In this document: piece after piece, positions 41,363 through 54,231 of the stretch
Layout: each line of letters begins with the position of its first letter
Position numbering within the stretch: the stretch's first letter is position 1
DNA from: Octopus vulgaris
Taxonomy: Eukaryota
DNA length: 64,000 nucleotides
Assembly (NCBI GenBank): GCA_951406725.2
Contig: OX597824.1
Span: 45,136,001 to 45,200,000, forward strand
Direction: 5' to 3'
Position numbers and translations under genes: made by a program
The notes under the pieces: model-generated
Database searches by the model: none
What the model saw: only the letters and a program-made list of their open reading frames with translations
Told to the model about the DNA's origin: nothing

Positions 41363-42271
41363 ATCCAGTACCGCTGCCATAGTCTCCTTTAGAGAGATTT
41401 AGAAATATTAATATTTCTGTACTTTTTTAGTTAAACACAATGATTTCAGTATAAATTTTGTTCAAAGAGTAAGAAAAATTATTCAGTGAAAGTTCTCACC
41501 TGAAAAATCCTTTCTGAATGTATATTTTGGGAAATTTCAAAAATTTTCTTTCCTTTTTCGCGAATAATAATCCTCTCTGACTAGTAGAAATAAAATAACT
41601 TTTTAATGTTGGTCTCTGTTCATATATATATATGTGTAGTGATGCATTTACTACCATAACTCTCTAACTACAGCAAACAATTCTTCACATACTTTTCAAC
41701 AGCAACACTGACAATCACCAGCACCATGGCCACCACCACCACAACAACAACAACAACCGACCCAGTGTCAGTCACTCCTTAATTCAACCCACAGTTGATG
41801 ACCGGGTCAGCAGCCAATTCTGCGACAACAATTATAGCTACAACAAACACTTTGACCAGCTCTAATTTACCCATATTTTCATATCACTAACTACTAAATC
41901 GAAATTCAATTTATTGCATCTTTAACAACTTCAGATATTGCTTATGAGAAAAAAGGTGGGGACAATGTATTATTTCAAAAGTGGATAAAACAAATTCTCA
42001 TGCGGCGGGGGGGGGGCTGAGAGTCTAACTGGGGTTGCTGAGCACCCCATGGCTACATACCTGGCTTAGCTTCAGAGAATTTTGATGGGCAGAAAAGCAT
42101 TTCTTCCTTGTCTACTAATATGTGTTGAAATGAAAGTGTCTGAAGTGAATTGGCTTTAAATTTATTTTATAACATTGCATAACCTTTCTATGTAATACAA
42201 AATAAATGGCCATTCACTGAAATATACGTAACATTAAACTGGTTTCCCCATTCCTTCATCAAAATTATATA

Positions 42272-42321
42272 CAGTAGTACCTCAGTTTTTGAACATCTCT
42301 GATCACAAATAAATCATGCTT

Positions 42322-42361
<40 letters not shown>

Positions 42362-42437
42362 TACATGCATACATACATACATACATACAAAGCACGATTT
42401 ATTCGTGATCAGAGGTGTTCGAAAATCAAGGTACTAG
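42272..42437. mobile_element. Tigger/pogo-like MITE: about 50-bp inverted arms around a microsatellite
   Basis: TA|cagtagtacctcagtttttgaacatctctgatcacaaataaatcatgcttt ... aaagcacgatttattcgtgatcagaggtgttcgaaaatcaaggtactag|TA. Confidence 0.75.
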
Positions 42438-43705
42438 TATGTATCCATTGCTTTTGTAATAGCATTAGTGGGGTAGTATAAATGTGGATATTTGTATATT
42501 GTTCAAGCAACTATCTTTACACAGTGGTTTCCTTTCTTATCACTGGCTGCTTAACAGTAAAGTAGATGTAGCATCTGTTAGTATTACATTGCTTTTCAGT
42601 TATATTTGGATCAGTTGAATGATTATGGCAATTTTTCTTCTGATATTTACTTAATTTCCTTTCATCTGCAAAATTTCAAATGTAGCATTGTTTACCTCTT
42701 TCTGTTACATTAATCTTTAGTTGCACATTTAGTGTTAGATATAATAAACATCCTAGTATGTCTATTCTGAAGTACTCTTCCCTCCAGCCAAAGTACAGAA
42801 AACAAATGAAAAAGCTCATGAGGTTTCATTTGTCAAGCAAAACAAAAGCTTTATGATGTCAACAACTCTGTTGCCTTACAAACTGGACTCCAACAATGTT
42901 AGAGGTAACATTCTCAGTATTTCCTGTTATAGTAAACTATATATTTTACTACCATTATTAAGAAGCTTTTAAGTAACTAAGTAATTTTCCATTTATATAT
43001 ATACACATGATCAACATTTTAATTTGAGGAGATATATTAAAATACATGTTATCAAAATATGATAAAATCTGTGGGTTTTACATTTCTGAAACCTTCATCT
43101 ATTTTGTATAGTTTATTTTGATGAAATAAATTTAATTTACTCCAGGTTGTTTTAGTTTCTTGACAATAATTTAAGTTCTCTTTGCTAACAATTTACAACT
43201 TCATCTCCTAAAATTATTTGGTTACCAACCACACCTAATTAATAGTTATATAACTTCTTCATGAATTATGTTTCACTTTTAAAATATGCTGCTGACTGTA
43301 ATGAAATTACAAAATTCTTCATAAAACTTTTAAACTATTTGTGGCCTCAGAACAGGTTTTTTAACTGTCTTGCTACATAAGAAATTAAATGTTGACTTTT
43401 TTGTTTTCTGTTTTGGTTTTGTTTGTTTATATTTATTGAGATGTTTATTATTTTTAGAACTGTCATGGTTTACTTGATGTTAACATAATGAGATTAATAT
43501 ACTGTAAATGCATGATAAATTATCAATTAATCTTACCCTTCTACTCTACCATTTTAGCATATCTCCCTCACTGTATGTGCATGTGAATATGTTCTGTAAT
43601 TGTATTTGCAACCTTAGTTTCTTCAACTGGTATAATTTCTGCTTTGGAGACTGCCTGCCAAAAAGTTTTCAGTAATTTAAATTTTTTTATATTTTGTGTT
43701 CTCAG

Positions 43706-43774
43706 GTTCCAGATCTAGTGAAGACCTTGTGAACTTTGATTCTGCTAGTAGAGATGGCACATACTCTCTAGGAG
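43706..43774 (+). CDS. CCDC88: CCDC88 exon SRSSEDLVNFDSASRDGTYSLG
   Basis: ttctcag|GT ... G|gtagga, 69 nt, phase 1 to 1; 'SSEDL' is also seen in Daple-like C-termini. Confidence 0.75.
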
Positions 43775-46700
43775 GTAGGACTCAGCTATATTACCTAGAA
43801 TTTAGCTCTTCTCTTTGGTTCCCTTTTTATTTTATTATATTTTTCCATATTTTCTCTTTAGGAGTTTTCTTTTTGGTTACTAGAAAAGGTATTTTGTTTT
43901 ATTTACATTTGTTTTATGTTCAGTTTTAGATTTGTATTAGAATATTTATAGCATCCCATTTGTGTCTTTTAAAATCTCTCAAGTGTTCTCTTGTTTGTTT
44001 CTTAGTTCTTTCTTCTGTTCACTGCTTTGATTTATCTTTGATCTATCTATCTATCTAATCCAATTTTGATTCATTATTCATTCAAATGTGTGTGTGCATT
44101 ATTTTTCCCTTCTAACAAATTTTATTACTGCATGACAACCACATTGTTTTAAAGATTTTCAAACTTTTCTATGATACATGTTACTTTACATAGTCACAGA
44201 TTTATAAATGAGTAGGCAATAAGGTAATAGGAAGTCTTAACATCTTTGCCTTATTAAATGGAAAGTTGTTCTACTTGGTAATCACATCAGGTCACAAACT
44301 AATTTCTTTATGAACTTAGTGGTGCACCACACTATCATTAAAATTTCTATAGTAAACTGTTTTTATCCTCAACTTTTGTCAGCAATTCATATTATACCAA
44401 AAAATTCTATAACTTTATTTTTAAATAGTTTGCCTTTGATGACTCACATCAACAGTTTTACCATTTAAAAAGAAATTTGGAAATTTCATATATTTCTAGT
44501 CTAAATGAATAATTTCTTATCCCTCAAAAGTAGAGAATTAAATGGATTCCTATTTATTTACAAAATAAAGCTAACACAATAACTCTAATATTTTTTACAC
44601 TGAGATTTTAAGACATGAGATATGGGTTTATCATTGCAGTATTAAGTTCTCTTGTAATGAAATAACTTCACTTTAACTCTTATTGAAAAAAATGTTCCAC
44701 TATTGTCCAAATGCCACTCAAAGCTCAAATACATTTTTTTCTAAGACTCACAATCATTTTTCATCAAACTATAAGGGTTATCAGGATATAGTAATTTCTA
44801 AATGAAAAATGTTTATGATAATGCTTTTTTTTTGGCGGGGGGGGGGGGGTTGACTACTAGTTTCCTATTCTTCTTTATAACTCTTATAAAACTACATATT
44901 AAATTTAAGAAATGTTTATTTTACTTGGAATTTGGGGCATTGTCAGATATTTCAGAAATTAAAGACCTATTTTAAAATTTCGTTTCATTTAATTAATTTT
45001 TGCCAAAAATTTTAGTTGTATTGATTTTTCTCAATACACACACATATTTCACTTCAATGTTGCCTGATAAGTGAAAATGAGTAGCAATGGAGTGAATCAT
45101 TAGCAGCCTTCTAATAAATATATACTCTTCATCATGTATTGAGTATTCTCTTTAATTAAATGATTATAAAGCATGTGTTTGTATAGGAAAGTGACCAGGC
45201 ATCAAAAAATATTAACCAATCCTATGCAAAAGGAGCTCAGTTGTACAAATAAGATGTAAAGCTAGATTTAGTAGCTAATATAAGAGAAACATGATTGGTG
45301 TATTATTATAAAGACTAGATATGCAGACAAGATATAATGAGACTGAGCTGCTCAGAAAGATCTTGTAATGTACCTGTCCAACTCATGCAGAAAATGGATA
45401 TTACAATTTTGTATATATGAATGTTTAGAAAACATGGTAACCTTCTAATTAAGTAGCTTAATAATGTCTAATGATTCCATTAAAAATAAATCTAAAGAAA
45501 TTTTTCAAAATTTAATTCTTTTGTTTATTATATTAAGATTTCTAACTATGAGTGATGATTTTTAGAATAACTGTTATGTCTGGTTATAACATGCATGACT
45601 AAATGTTGTTTTGTGTTGTTATGTCTGTCTGTTTAAATGTTGGCCATTATCTCAGGATTTTTTTTTGTTTGGCATAATCCTTACATCTGATGTTAATCTA
45701 TTAATGAAAACTCTTCCAAAGGATACAAGTCTGGCAAATTAAAACTAAGTAAAAATACTATATACTCCAAAATAGTATTCTAAATTGTATTGCTTCTTAC
45801 ATTTTATCAATAGTCATGACAGAACTTTGAATTATAGCAGTTGTTATTCACAAAACTAGAAATCATTAATTATCTTGAAATACTTAGTATGTATTAATAT
45901 GAGGGGACATCCTCCAGCTGAAAAACATATTGGGTCACTGGACCACCACTGAAGATTTACACTTACATGTAGGGATTTCAGATAGACTACCCTGGAGTAA
46001 TGGCCTCTTGTGTTTCAAGGCATTGTTTAGTTTTAAAATAGCAAACTAAGAAAGTATTTGTCTGTTACACAAAAGTGACCTGTAAACATATTATTTTGTA
46101 GCCGAGTCAAATGAGTTGTTGAGAGTTAAGTGCAATGCTACTTAAAAGTATAAAAACTGCTAGCCTTTTGAGCAGTAGATAAACTGGCATCCCTCTTCAG
46201 TCATCTGTAAATAACTTACTCTGAAATGGTGACTGTCAAATATATGAATACCATACAAACTACCAGAAATGGTAGTTTGTTTTCTCTTGATTGAGATGAA
46301 GTTTCATTTTTCCTGATGTATTTATGTAAATACATACACATATACACTTGCTGAAATACCCAATGTCACTCGGGCTGAAGACACAGGAAATTGACCTTAA
46401 TATTACAGCATAATTTGCTTAGATTACAGTGAAGTTTCTGGACAATCAATGGGCAATGTATCAGATTAAGTAACCCACATAACTTTTTTGTGATTCCTGT
46501 TATAAACAGCAGATTACAATTTAAAAATAAAGAAAAAAAAAGATTAGAAGAAAATATTTGCAAATGGATTGTTTTGAATCCCTTTCTCCGGTTAACCCTA
46601 AACCAAAATACTAATCTGAAACTCTAAACTCATACTAATCTGTAATCCCTGATCTTAAACTCTAACTTTATTTTTATTTATTGATTTTTTTTTTTTTTTA

Positions 46701-46818
46701 AGAATCATTATCTCATGTATTTACAATTTGGGAAATGCTTTTTATTTGCAAAATTTTCATTACCTCCAATGCTTAAAATCTTGAAATACCAAAAATATTT
46801 TTAAACACACACACATAC

Positions 46819-46873
<55 letters not shown>

Positions 46874-47404
46874 ACACACACACACACACACATACACACG
46901 CATTACAGGGAGTCCTGTCTGAAACTCACTGCTGTAGTTCTGTTTCTTTGGATTTAGAAAATAATTACTGCAGACATAATTTTATCACTACTTTTGTATA
47001 GCAATGGACATAAGATTACATGTATTTTAGCAACCATTACTATTTAACTTTTGACATCTTTACATTACTCCAATTATTGCTTGTCAATTCCAATGTTCCT
47101 CTATTGACTTTAACTTTTCTCCCTCCCCCTACTGCTGCATCAAACCTTCTTGCCATTTCTTCTACTTTTGAAATATAGCCCAATGTGCCATTAGTTTTAT
47201 AAGACACACGTGCATGTGTGTGCATGCACACACACACACACACACACAAATACACACAATGGTATGTTTGATATTTTTACTCTTTTAAATGGTGTAAATT
47301 TAAACACAAAATGTTGATTGGAATAACAATTATTGACAGTACTACTAAAACCAGGTAAAATGAGCCTCACCTATTTTAGGAACATTTTTTTAAAAAAAAG
47401 TACT

Positions 47405-47885
47405 TCATCATCACCACCACCATCATCCTTTAATGTCTTTTTTTCATGCTGACATAGGTTGGACAGTTTGACCAGATCTGGCAAGCGGGAGAGCTGCACC
47501 AGGTTCAAGTCTGATTTAGCTTGGTTTCTATGGCTGGATGCCCTTCCTAATGCCAACCACTTTACAGTGTGTCGTCTGCTGTGGAGGTCAGGTCTTTTTG
47601 AGTACAGCGAGATGCCAGGTATCTCAATCCTTTGTCATCTTGCTTGAAAGGTTCAGCATCCTGAGATCATCCTTCTGTACTTCATCCCATGTCTTCATGG
47701 GTCTCCACAAGTTCCATCCATTTTGAGAGATCGGCACTTCTTTATGGAGCTGTCAGCATCACATGACCAAAACAGCACAGTCTTCTCTCTTGCACACTGC
47801 ATCTAATTTCTCTTGTACCTAACTTCTCTCTCAGTACACTAGCACTCTATCGAACATGTACACTTACATTACACATTCAGATTCA
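47405..47885 (-). mobile_element. RTE LINE 3' end (C-terminal ORF remnant, 3' UTR and GAT tail)
   Basis: Reverse strand gives ERRL..FGHV and RP.KTWDEV remnants followed by the shared tail. Confidence 0.7.
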
Positions 47886-48024
47886 ATATTATTATTTTCT
47901 TGGATAAACTATTGGCATATAATTGATTATATCATAACTAAGATCTGTTGTGATGGATAAACTAAATAACTTGTTGTAAATGCAATTAAGTAGCATTATG
48001 GAATATACTATTTGGCTTTGTTAT

Positions 48025-48610
48025 TCATCATTATCATCATGATTGCTTTACATGCATTTTCCATGCTAGCATTGGTTGGTCAGGTTGCTCCAGTTTGGGT
48101 CAGTTGTTAAACAGAGCCAGAGGGCCATATCTGACTCAGATGTCTTGGTTTTGATATGTGTTTCAACCACTTTATAGTACTCAGTGTACTTCATACTCTT
48201 GCATCATACAATCTGCCTTTAATTTGTAGGCAGAAAATCTTTGTTGCCAACAGGTAATTTCCTCCTGAACTTTTTCTACTTCAGCCTTACTCTGAATACT
48301 ATGCTTTCACAACACTCACCTCCACTGCTGATTGGGTCACCTAGGTAGCAGAAGCTATCAACTACTTTTACTGAGTGTCGTGAGAAGCTAATAGGCTTTA
48401 TTTCATAGGTGTTTATACTTCTGACTATTCATGGACATCTATTACGTTTGAAATCCTGCCTGATAACCCATTGCACCTTTTGTGTAACCATTGTCTGCAA
48501 TGAGTACACAGTTCTTATTTATTTCCATTGCTGCTTCCATTTGGAAGCAGTGTTCTCTTTTCTTTTCAGCTAATTAAGATTTGTCTTACTAAATTGACCT
48601 TTATGCTCCT
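48025..48610 (-). mobile_element. Highly degenerate RTE LINE fragment
   Basis: VVDSFCYLGD and IKGRLYDA remnants plus 3' tail. Confidence 0.55.
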
Positions 48611-49399
48611 TGATAAAAAGTTAGTCTTAATCCTTTAGCATTATATACCAGCTATATCTGGTCCAAATATCCTACCTGTTTCGTGTTCAAACTGGCATCT
48701 CACACCTACCTTGTGATATCATTTTAAAAGCAATCACATCATCGAAATCATTGTTTCAAGATAATGTGAGATAAAGCCATTTCTGTCTAAGTTCAAATAT
48801 AAATCTGTAAAATTTTCAACAACACAGTTCTTTCAATGTTTGAAGTGCAGATTGATTTTTTTTTTTAATTAGCAAGTAGTAATTCTAACTTTGAAGCATT
48901 TACACTTGAACACTTGTAAAATGTAAAAGAAAAAAGAAAAAGAAAATAACAGTAATTAGTTTTCAAGTGGCTGAGATATAGCTGTTTTTGAATTTTCATT
49001 CAACAAGGAAGAGTATTTGGATGGCAAAAATTATAAGGACCTTCAGGGCACATTCAAAATATTATGGCAACATGGCTGAAAAATACAACAGTACTACATA
49101 CTCCCAATTTCATTGAATATACTAGTCCTCAGCTCAGCCTACTTCCCAAAACTCAACCTTTTAGATTATATATTTTTGTTTTCACCACAAACTTTCTTTG
49201 AAACTGTAACAGAATTAACAAATTGGTATGCTCAACAAGTTATTACTATTCATGGGAGTCCCAATCCATTTTGGTAACCAATAGACATTGCAGAAATCTG
49301 AGCTCCCCCAGTCCCAAATATTATGTTTTGTATAATTTCCAAGACTGAAGAACCACTAAAACCCAGATAGAAGGTTGAAATTAAATCAATATTTACAAT

Positions 49400-49765
49400 T
49401 AAGTGATACTTTTAATGCCTTCTGGCAGGAATGAACTGTATTGTGATCCATTGTACAAAGTGTGCACAGTTCTTGACTTGCTATGTGAGAAGTATAAAAT
49501 CATGTATGTACCAGTAAAAAATTTCAGTGAAGTAATGAGAAGTTATAAGATTAGGGTATGTTTCCAGCAATATATGCCAGCTAAGCACACCAACAAATAG
49601 GGTATCAATGTATGAGAGGTCTGTGAATCAAACATAGGCTACTGTGAGCTACAGGAAAGAAGCATAATGTAGAGAGTTAAATTGGATTGGGATATGATGC
49701 ATGGTCTATAGCTGAGCCTTTCACCATCAACACAGACATCTGTATTTTGATTGTTTTGGGAGTGT
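49400..49765 (+). mobile_element. piggyBac (PGBD-like) transposase remnant
   Basis: DPLYKV..L, YVP..N.S, FQQYMPAK....*GI, C.S..GY remnants. Confidence 0.65.
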
Positions 49766-50689
49766 TTTTTCTTCTAAGATAAAAAAGGGTACATCCTCCA
49801 GCTGAAAAAAATAAATGAACTGTGCATCTCATGGAAGGACAGACAACAAATTTTATTGTCTACCAGTCATTAGTCTGGTGTTGGTGCATTTTTTTCATAT
49901 AATAAATATATGGATATGGTTGACAAATCCAACTAGTAACTACCTAATTGGACGTATCTCAGTTATGTGGAGGCTACTTTTCTCAAATGCACAGAACTGG
50001 GAAAAAAAGCAAAATTAACTGGATAGAATAAAGAAAACATTGACTTCCATAAGTTTGAAAAAATAAATGGTAGGAAAAATATATGTAGAAAGCACTCATT
50101 GCAAAAGAAAAAATCTGGTAAAGTGTAACCAGATGAAACCTCTTTTATGTGTTCATTTTGTGAAGTGCCATTGTGCAAATAGTAGTAGACAATTTCATGA
50201 CAGGAATATAGCATAAAAATATTTCATTAACTCTGAAAGTTAGGCAGAAATGCAATTATATATTCCTTGCATTTGAACACAAATAATGTGCAAAAATAGG
50301 AAATATATATTAATTTTCAATTTGTACACACCTTTATTCACCAGTTAAAGAGCTTTCTTTATTGAAAACAAAATTCTGTTAGATTGTGTAAGAGTAACTT
50401 GCCAATACTATATTAACTGGTAAAATAGTTTTATACTTACTTTTCAGTGAAAATATTTGAATGAAATGTAGAGAAAGAATAAAATCTTATACTGATTATA
50501 TCTGCACGTGATTCACCTGCTCTTGAAAAATGATAAAATTGTTGGAGGTGGACATTTGGGTCATTGTTGGATAATTTTAGTAACAAAACAAACATAAAAC
50601 ACATTTAATGTTTATTCACTGTCAAATTTAACAAAAAAAAAAAGTAAAAGTACATAATTGTAAATCTACCTTTTGTTTTCTTATTGATT

Positions 50690-51560
50690 ACCAAGTTATG
50701 AGCATGATATCCCCACCAGACAATGAGAATAGTGTCCCATCAAAAGCCTTCTACAGGTTGATAAATGCTAGGTATTGTGTTTTTTTCTTGATTAAGAACT
50801 TTACTGTAGTTACCTCACTAAGAAGACATCATCAATGATCCCTTGTCCTGGCACAAGCCTAAATGGCATCACATATAAGCTAATTCTCTCCATGATTATC
50901 TTTAACTCTTTATATCATTTATGTTACTTGGTCCATGTCTCTCTATCTATTGCATCTTCTTTGCCTTTATAACAACTGATACTGACACTATGTGGGTTAT
51001 TGAGAGGCAACACTTTTACTGCCTGATTGGCTATGTGAATAACTAGTAGCATCTCAACAGCTATCCTTGATAGGCCTGCTGCTTTTCCTGTCTTCATATC
51101 CTTAGCAGCCCTATCTACCACATAGGAGTTAACCTCAATAGCTGGTCCCTCTTCTGGCTCCACTTTAGGTAAACCCACTTTTTCTCACACATTCTCCTTA
51201 TTTAGAAATCACCTGCATTACCATTTCCATGCTACATTCTTCTTAACATGTGAAGGTAGGTGTGCCACTATCATTCACACCTATTGCTGTTGACATCCTA
51301 ATTGCCCAGATTTTCTTGCAATCCAATACACCTCATTTCTGTTTGCCATGACATAGAATTGTGGCAAACCACTTACCTTCAACTTTCTCTCTTGCTACAT
51401 GTGCCTGACATCTAGCTTAGCTTCCTGGTAAGTTCCTTTCCTCCACTTTCCTTACTTGTTTCTCTGCTTTTGTGACTCTGTACTATCCTACCACCATATC
51501 ACTTCCATGTGGGGCCTTCCTCCACTCATATCTATGAGCTCACAGTAAGATTATCTTACA
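50690..51560 (-). mobile_element. Degenerate RTE LINE RT-region remnant
   Basis: EGP.I....V..A.KDMKTGKAAG.S.IA.EML, YKGK.DA.DR, F.LVPG.G.ID, FINL.KAFD. Confidence 0.7.
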
Positions 51561-51656
51561 GTAATACCCAATTATTCTCTACTGCCTACGTTCTCTCATC
51601 ATAAGCATTGCATATCTCTGGCAAGTTATGCACTGTAATGATAATGTTTTTGCTTT

Positions 51657-51689
<33 letters not shown>

Positions 51690-52424
51690 TTTTTCATTAG
51701 TTTCTGTGAGACTAAATGGTTGATTTAGTATATGTGAATATTCTGCAATAACATTGCAGTCAAAACAAAACAAGAGCATGATTGGCTTCCTGATTCAAAT
51801 ACTGTCTGCGACTTTAAGCTTTATTGTATATGAACAATGAAGTTGAAAAAAGTTCTTCCATACTCTAACCAGACCTAAACATTAAAACTTTAGATATAAC
51901 AATGAATATGAAACTCATGCAATATTAAATAAAAGTTCATTACAGAATTTTGAAGTTCAAGAAATAAACCTACAGGTTTGGCTTCTATATTCTCTTCTTT
52001 GTATTCAACATTACTGAGATAACACAACCCTGGGTGGTGATGGTAGATGATAAAGACAAAAGACCAATATTACACCATAGTAATTTAATTACTTATCTGA
52101 ATGACAAAATAACTTCACAGAAATTTAAGTAACGATATCATGGAGATGAAGATGTGATTCTGTATTTATAACAAATTTCTTATTTATAACAAATCTCTTA
52201 TTCTTAAAGAATTACTAAATAGGTACAAGTATCGTCTGCTACATTCTCTAATACATATGAAACGGGTGCATGAAGCAGTTTATATTTTTTTGAGAACATT
52301 TTGTAATTAAATAGCTCTTATTTAGAATGTTTTTAAAGATATTGGACAGGAATTTTTCTGAAACAAATATTAATCTTGCTTTTTTGAGTCCAAATCGAAT
52401 GAATTTGTGATATAAGTTATACAC

Positions 52425-52810
52425 AGGCATGGCTGTGTAAATAAGAAGCTTGCTTTGCAACCACATGGTTTCAGGTTCAGTCCCACTCTGCTGCACCTTA
52501 AGCAAATGTCTTCTACTATAGCCCCAGGTCATCCAATAGCTTGTGAGTGAATTTGGTTGACAGAAACTGTGTAGAAGTCCATCATGTATGTGTGTATATG
52601 TATGTATATTTATATACACACACATGTGTTTGTACTTCTCACTACATGACAACTAGTGTTGGTTTACATATGTCCTTGTTACTTAGTGGTTCAGCAGAAG
52701 ACACCAAAAATAAGTGCCAGACATTAAAAAAACATAAGTACTGTGGTTGATTTGTTCAACTAAGCCTTTCAAGGCAGTGTCCCTGTATGGCTGCAGACCA
52801 TGTAAAAGAT
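52425..52810 (+). mobile_element. tRNA-derived SINE (family of 500-890), forward orientation
   Basis: Head 'aggcatggctgtg...ggttcagtccc', GT-rich core and shared tail. Confidence 0.7.
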
Positions 52811-53273
52811 AACAGAATTGTAAAACTGAAAATTAGTTATGTATCACCAGGCTATCAAATAAAATATTTCTATTATTATAAATGATTGAATAACGCTAAT
52901 CATAATTATAACATTCTTCTCATTAAAACATTTATGACTTTCAGTTTTTTTTTTTTATGTAAAACATGAATAGATATAAGAAATTTATATTTTATTTTTT
53001 TAATACAGTTTTCATCCACTGAAATGTTAGAATTTTTCTTTTGTTTTGACTTTTTTTAATGAGTTTTCTTTTTTCTCTTTTTGTAACTACTGTTGAAGTA
53101 GTTTAATCTTTATATCTATCTACCAAATGGCAAAAGGACTTTGAAGCAGTAAAATGTTTTCCAGCTGGCTGCTTTTTTATAGAAGACATCTTAAAGAAGC
53201 TTTTGCTTAACGAAATATAAAATATAAAAATGTATCACTTCTTAAGCTTAACTCCATTCTTTCCTTTCAAAAG

Positions 53274-53407
53274 GCAAAATGGCTGATGTAGATGATGACT
53301 ATCATCGATCCCCTTCAACAATTCATGGTAGACAATCTCCAGGCAGCGAACTTCTCACACTAGAACAATTTCTTAAAGAATCAAATCCTGATTCTCCTAC
53401 ATTGAGA
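53274..53407 (+). CDS. CCDC88: CCDC88 exon carrying the GBA motif: KMADVDDDYHRSPSTIHGRQSPGSELLTLEQFLKESNPDSPTLR
   Basis: ttcctttcaaaag|GC ... AGA|gtaagt, phase 1 to 0; aligns to human Girdin SPGSEVVTLQQFLEESN. Absent from the ORF track because it is short. Confidence 0.92.
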
Positions 53408-53757
53408 GTAAGTTATTTCTGAAATATATCTCACCTTGCCTCACATCTACCTACCTAACATTCTCACTTCCTTAAAGTGTTCCAATGAGGATCAGCACAT
53501 AACCTAAAATATTTTAAACTAATCTTTCCATCTTCATAAACAAGATGGCTAGTTTAATCCTATTTCTAAGTGAACCTTTTGGTATATTTACAAAATTTCG
53601 ACATAGCAATTTTCTTCTACACTCTGACTGCTTTATCTGCACTTGTTAACTTTTACTATAGGAAAAATACCAGTTCTGTTGAGGAAAACTGAATGCGATT
53701 TTAGAATTATTTTAAAGCATTGCCTTTCATCTAAATAATTTCTTTTTGATAACCTTG

Positions 53758-53829
53758 CTTACACATATTAAGCACTATACACAGAGAAACTGTCTTACAC
53801 ATATTAACTACTATACACAGAGAAACTGA
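53758..53829. repeat. 36-bp tandem duplication
   Basis: cttacacatattaa..actatacacagagaaactg occurs twice. Confidence 0.85.
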
Positions 53830-54231
53830 CATAAAGCAATTATTAGAGAAAACTTTTTGTAAAAACAAACTTGGTGTTTGGATACAGAAACTCCTGGGTG
53901 ATGAAATCAAGTGACTCATTCTTTAAGAAGAGTTTTCATTTATTGAAAATATTTATCTTTAAAATTTGGTTTCTTTCTTATATGTTGCAGAAAATTAATT
54001 TTTCATTGTTATACATGTAGCTTTTGCTTCACTGCTCCCATCTTTGTCTTTCACATTTTACCTCCTTTTAAACATCCTTTCCTACATTTTAAACCATTCT
54101 TTCCAGCTTTGAACTTTTTCACTCATTCAAGATTTTTTTCGTAATTTTAAACTTTTCCATATAAAATGTGTGTGTGTTTATCTGTATATGTTAAATTTAA
54201 TGTTGAAATACTTTTGCCATTTTATTTGTAG

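Larger units (their letters stand above)
37960..42063 (-). mobile_element. hAT DNA transposon (ZMYM1/DUF4371-like), about 4.1 kb, decayed
   Basis: Transposase pseudogene inside; right end '...gagcaccccatggctacatacctg' is hAT-like; GC-rich left subterminus with uncertain boundary. Confidence 0.7.

Noticed and set aside
46590-46670. ttaaccctaaacc.../ctaa repeats resembling telomeric sequence
   Set aside because: Only one CCCTAA-like unit, with degenerate neighbours; not an interstitial telomere array.
48230-48253. In-frame 24-nt exon-like segment tgtag|GCAGAAAATCTTTGTTGCCAACAG|gtaatt
   Set aside because: It lies within an antisense RTE remnant; exonisation is possible but chance is as likely without RNA data.
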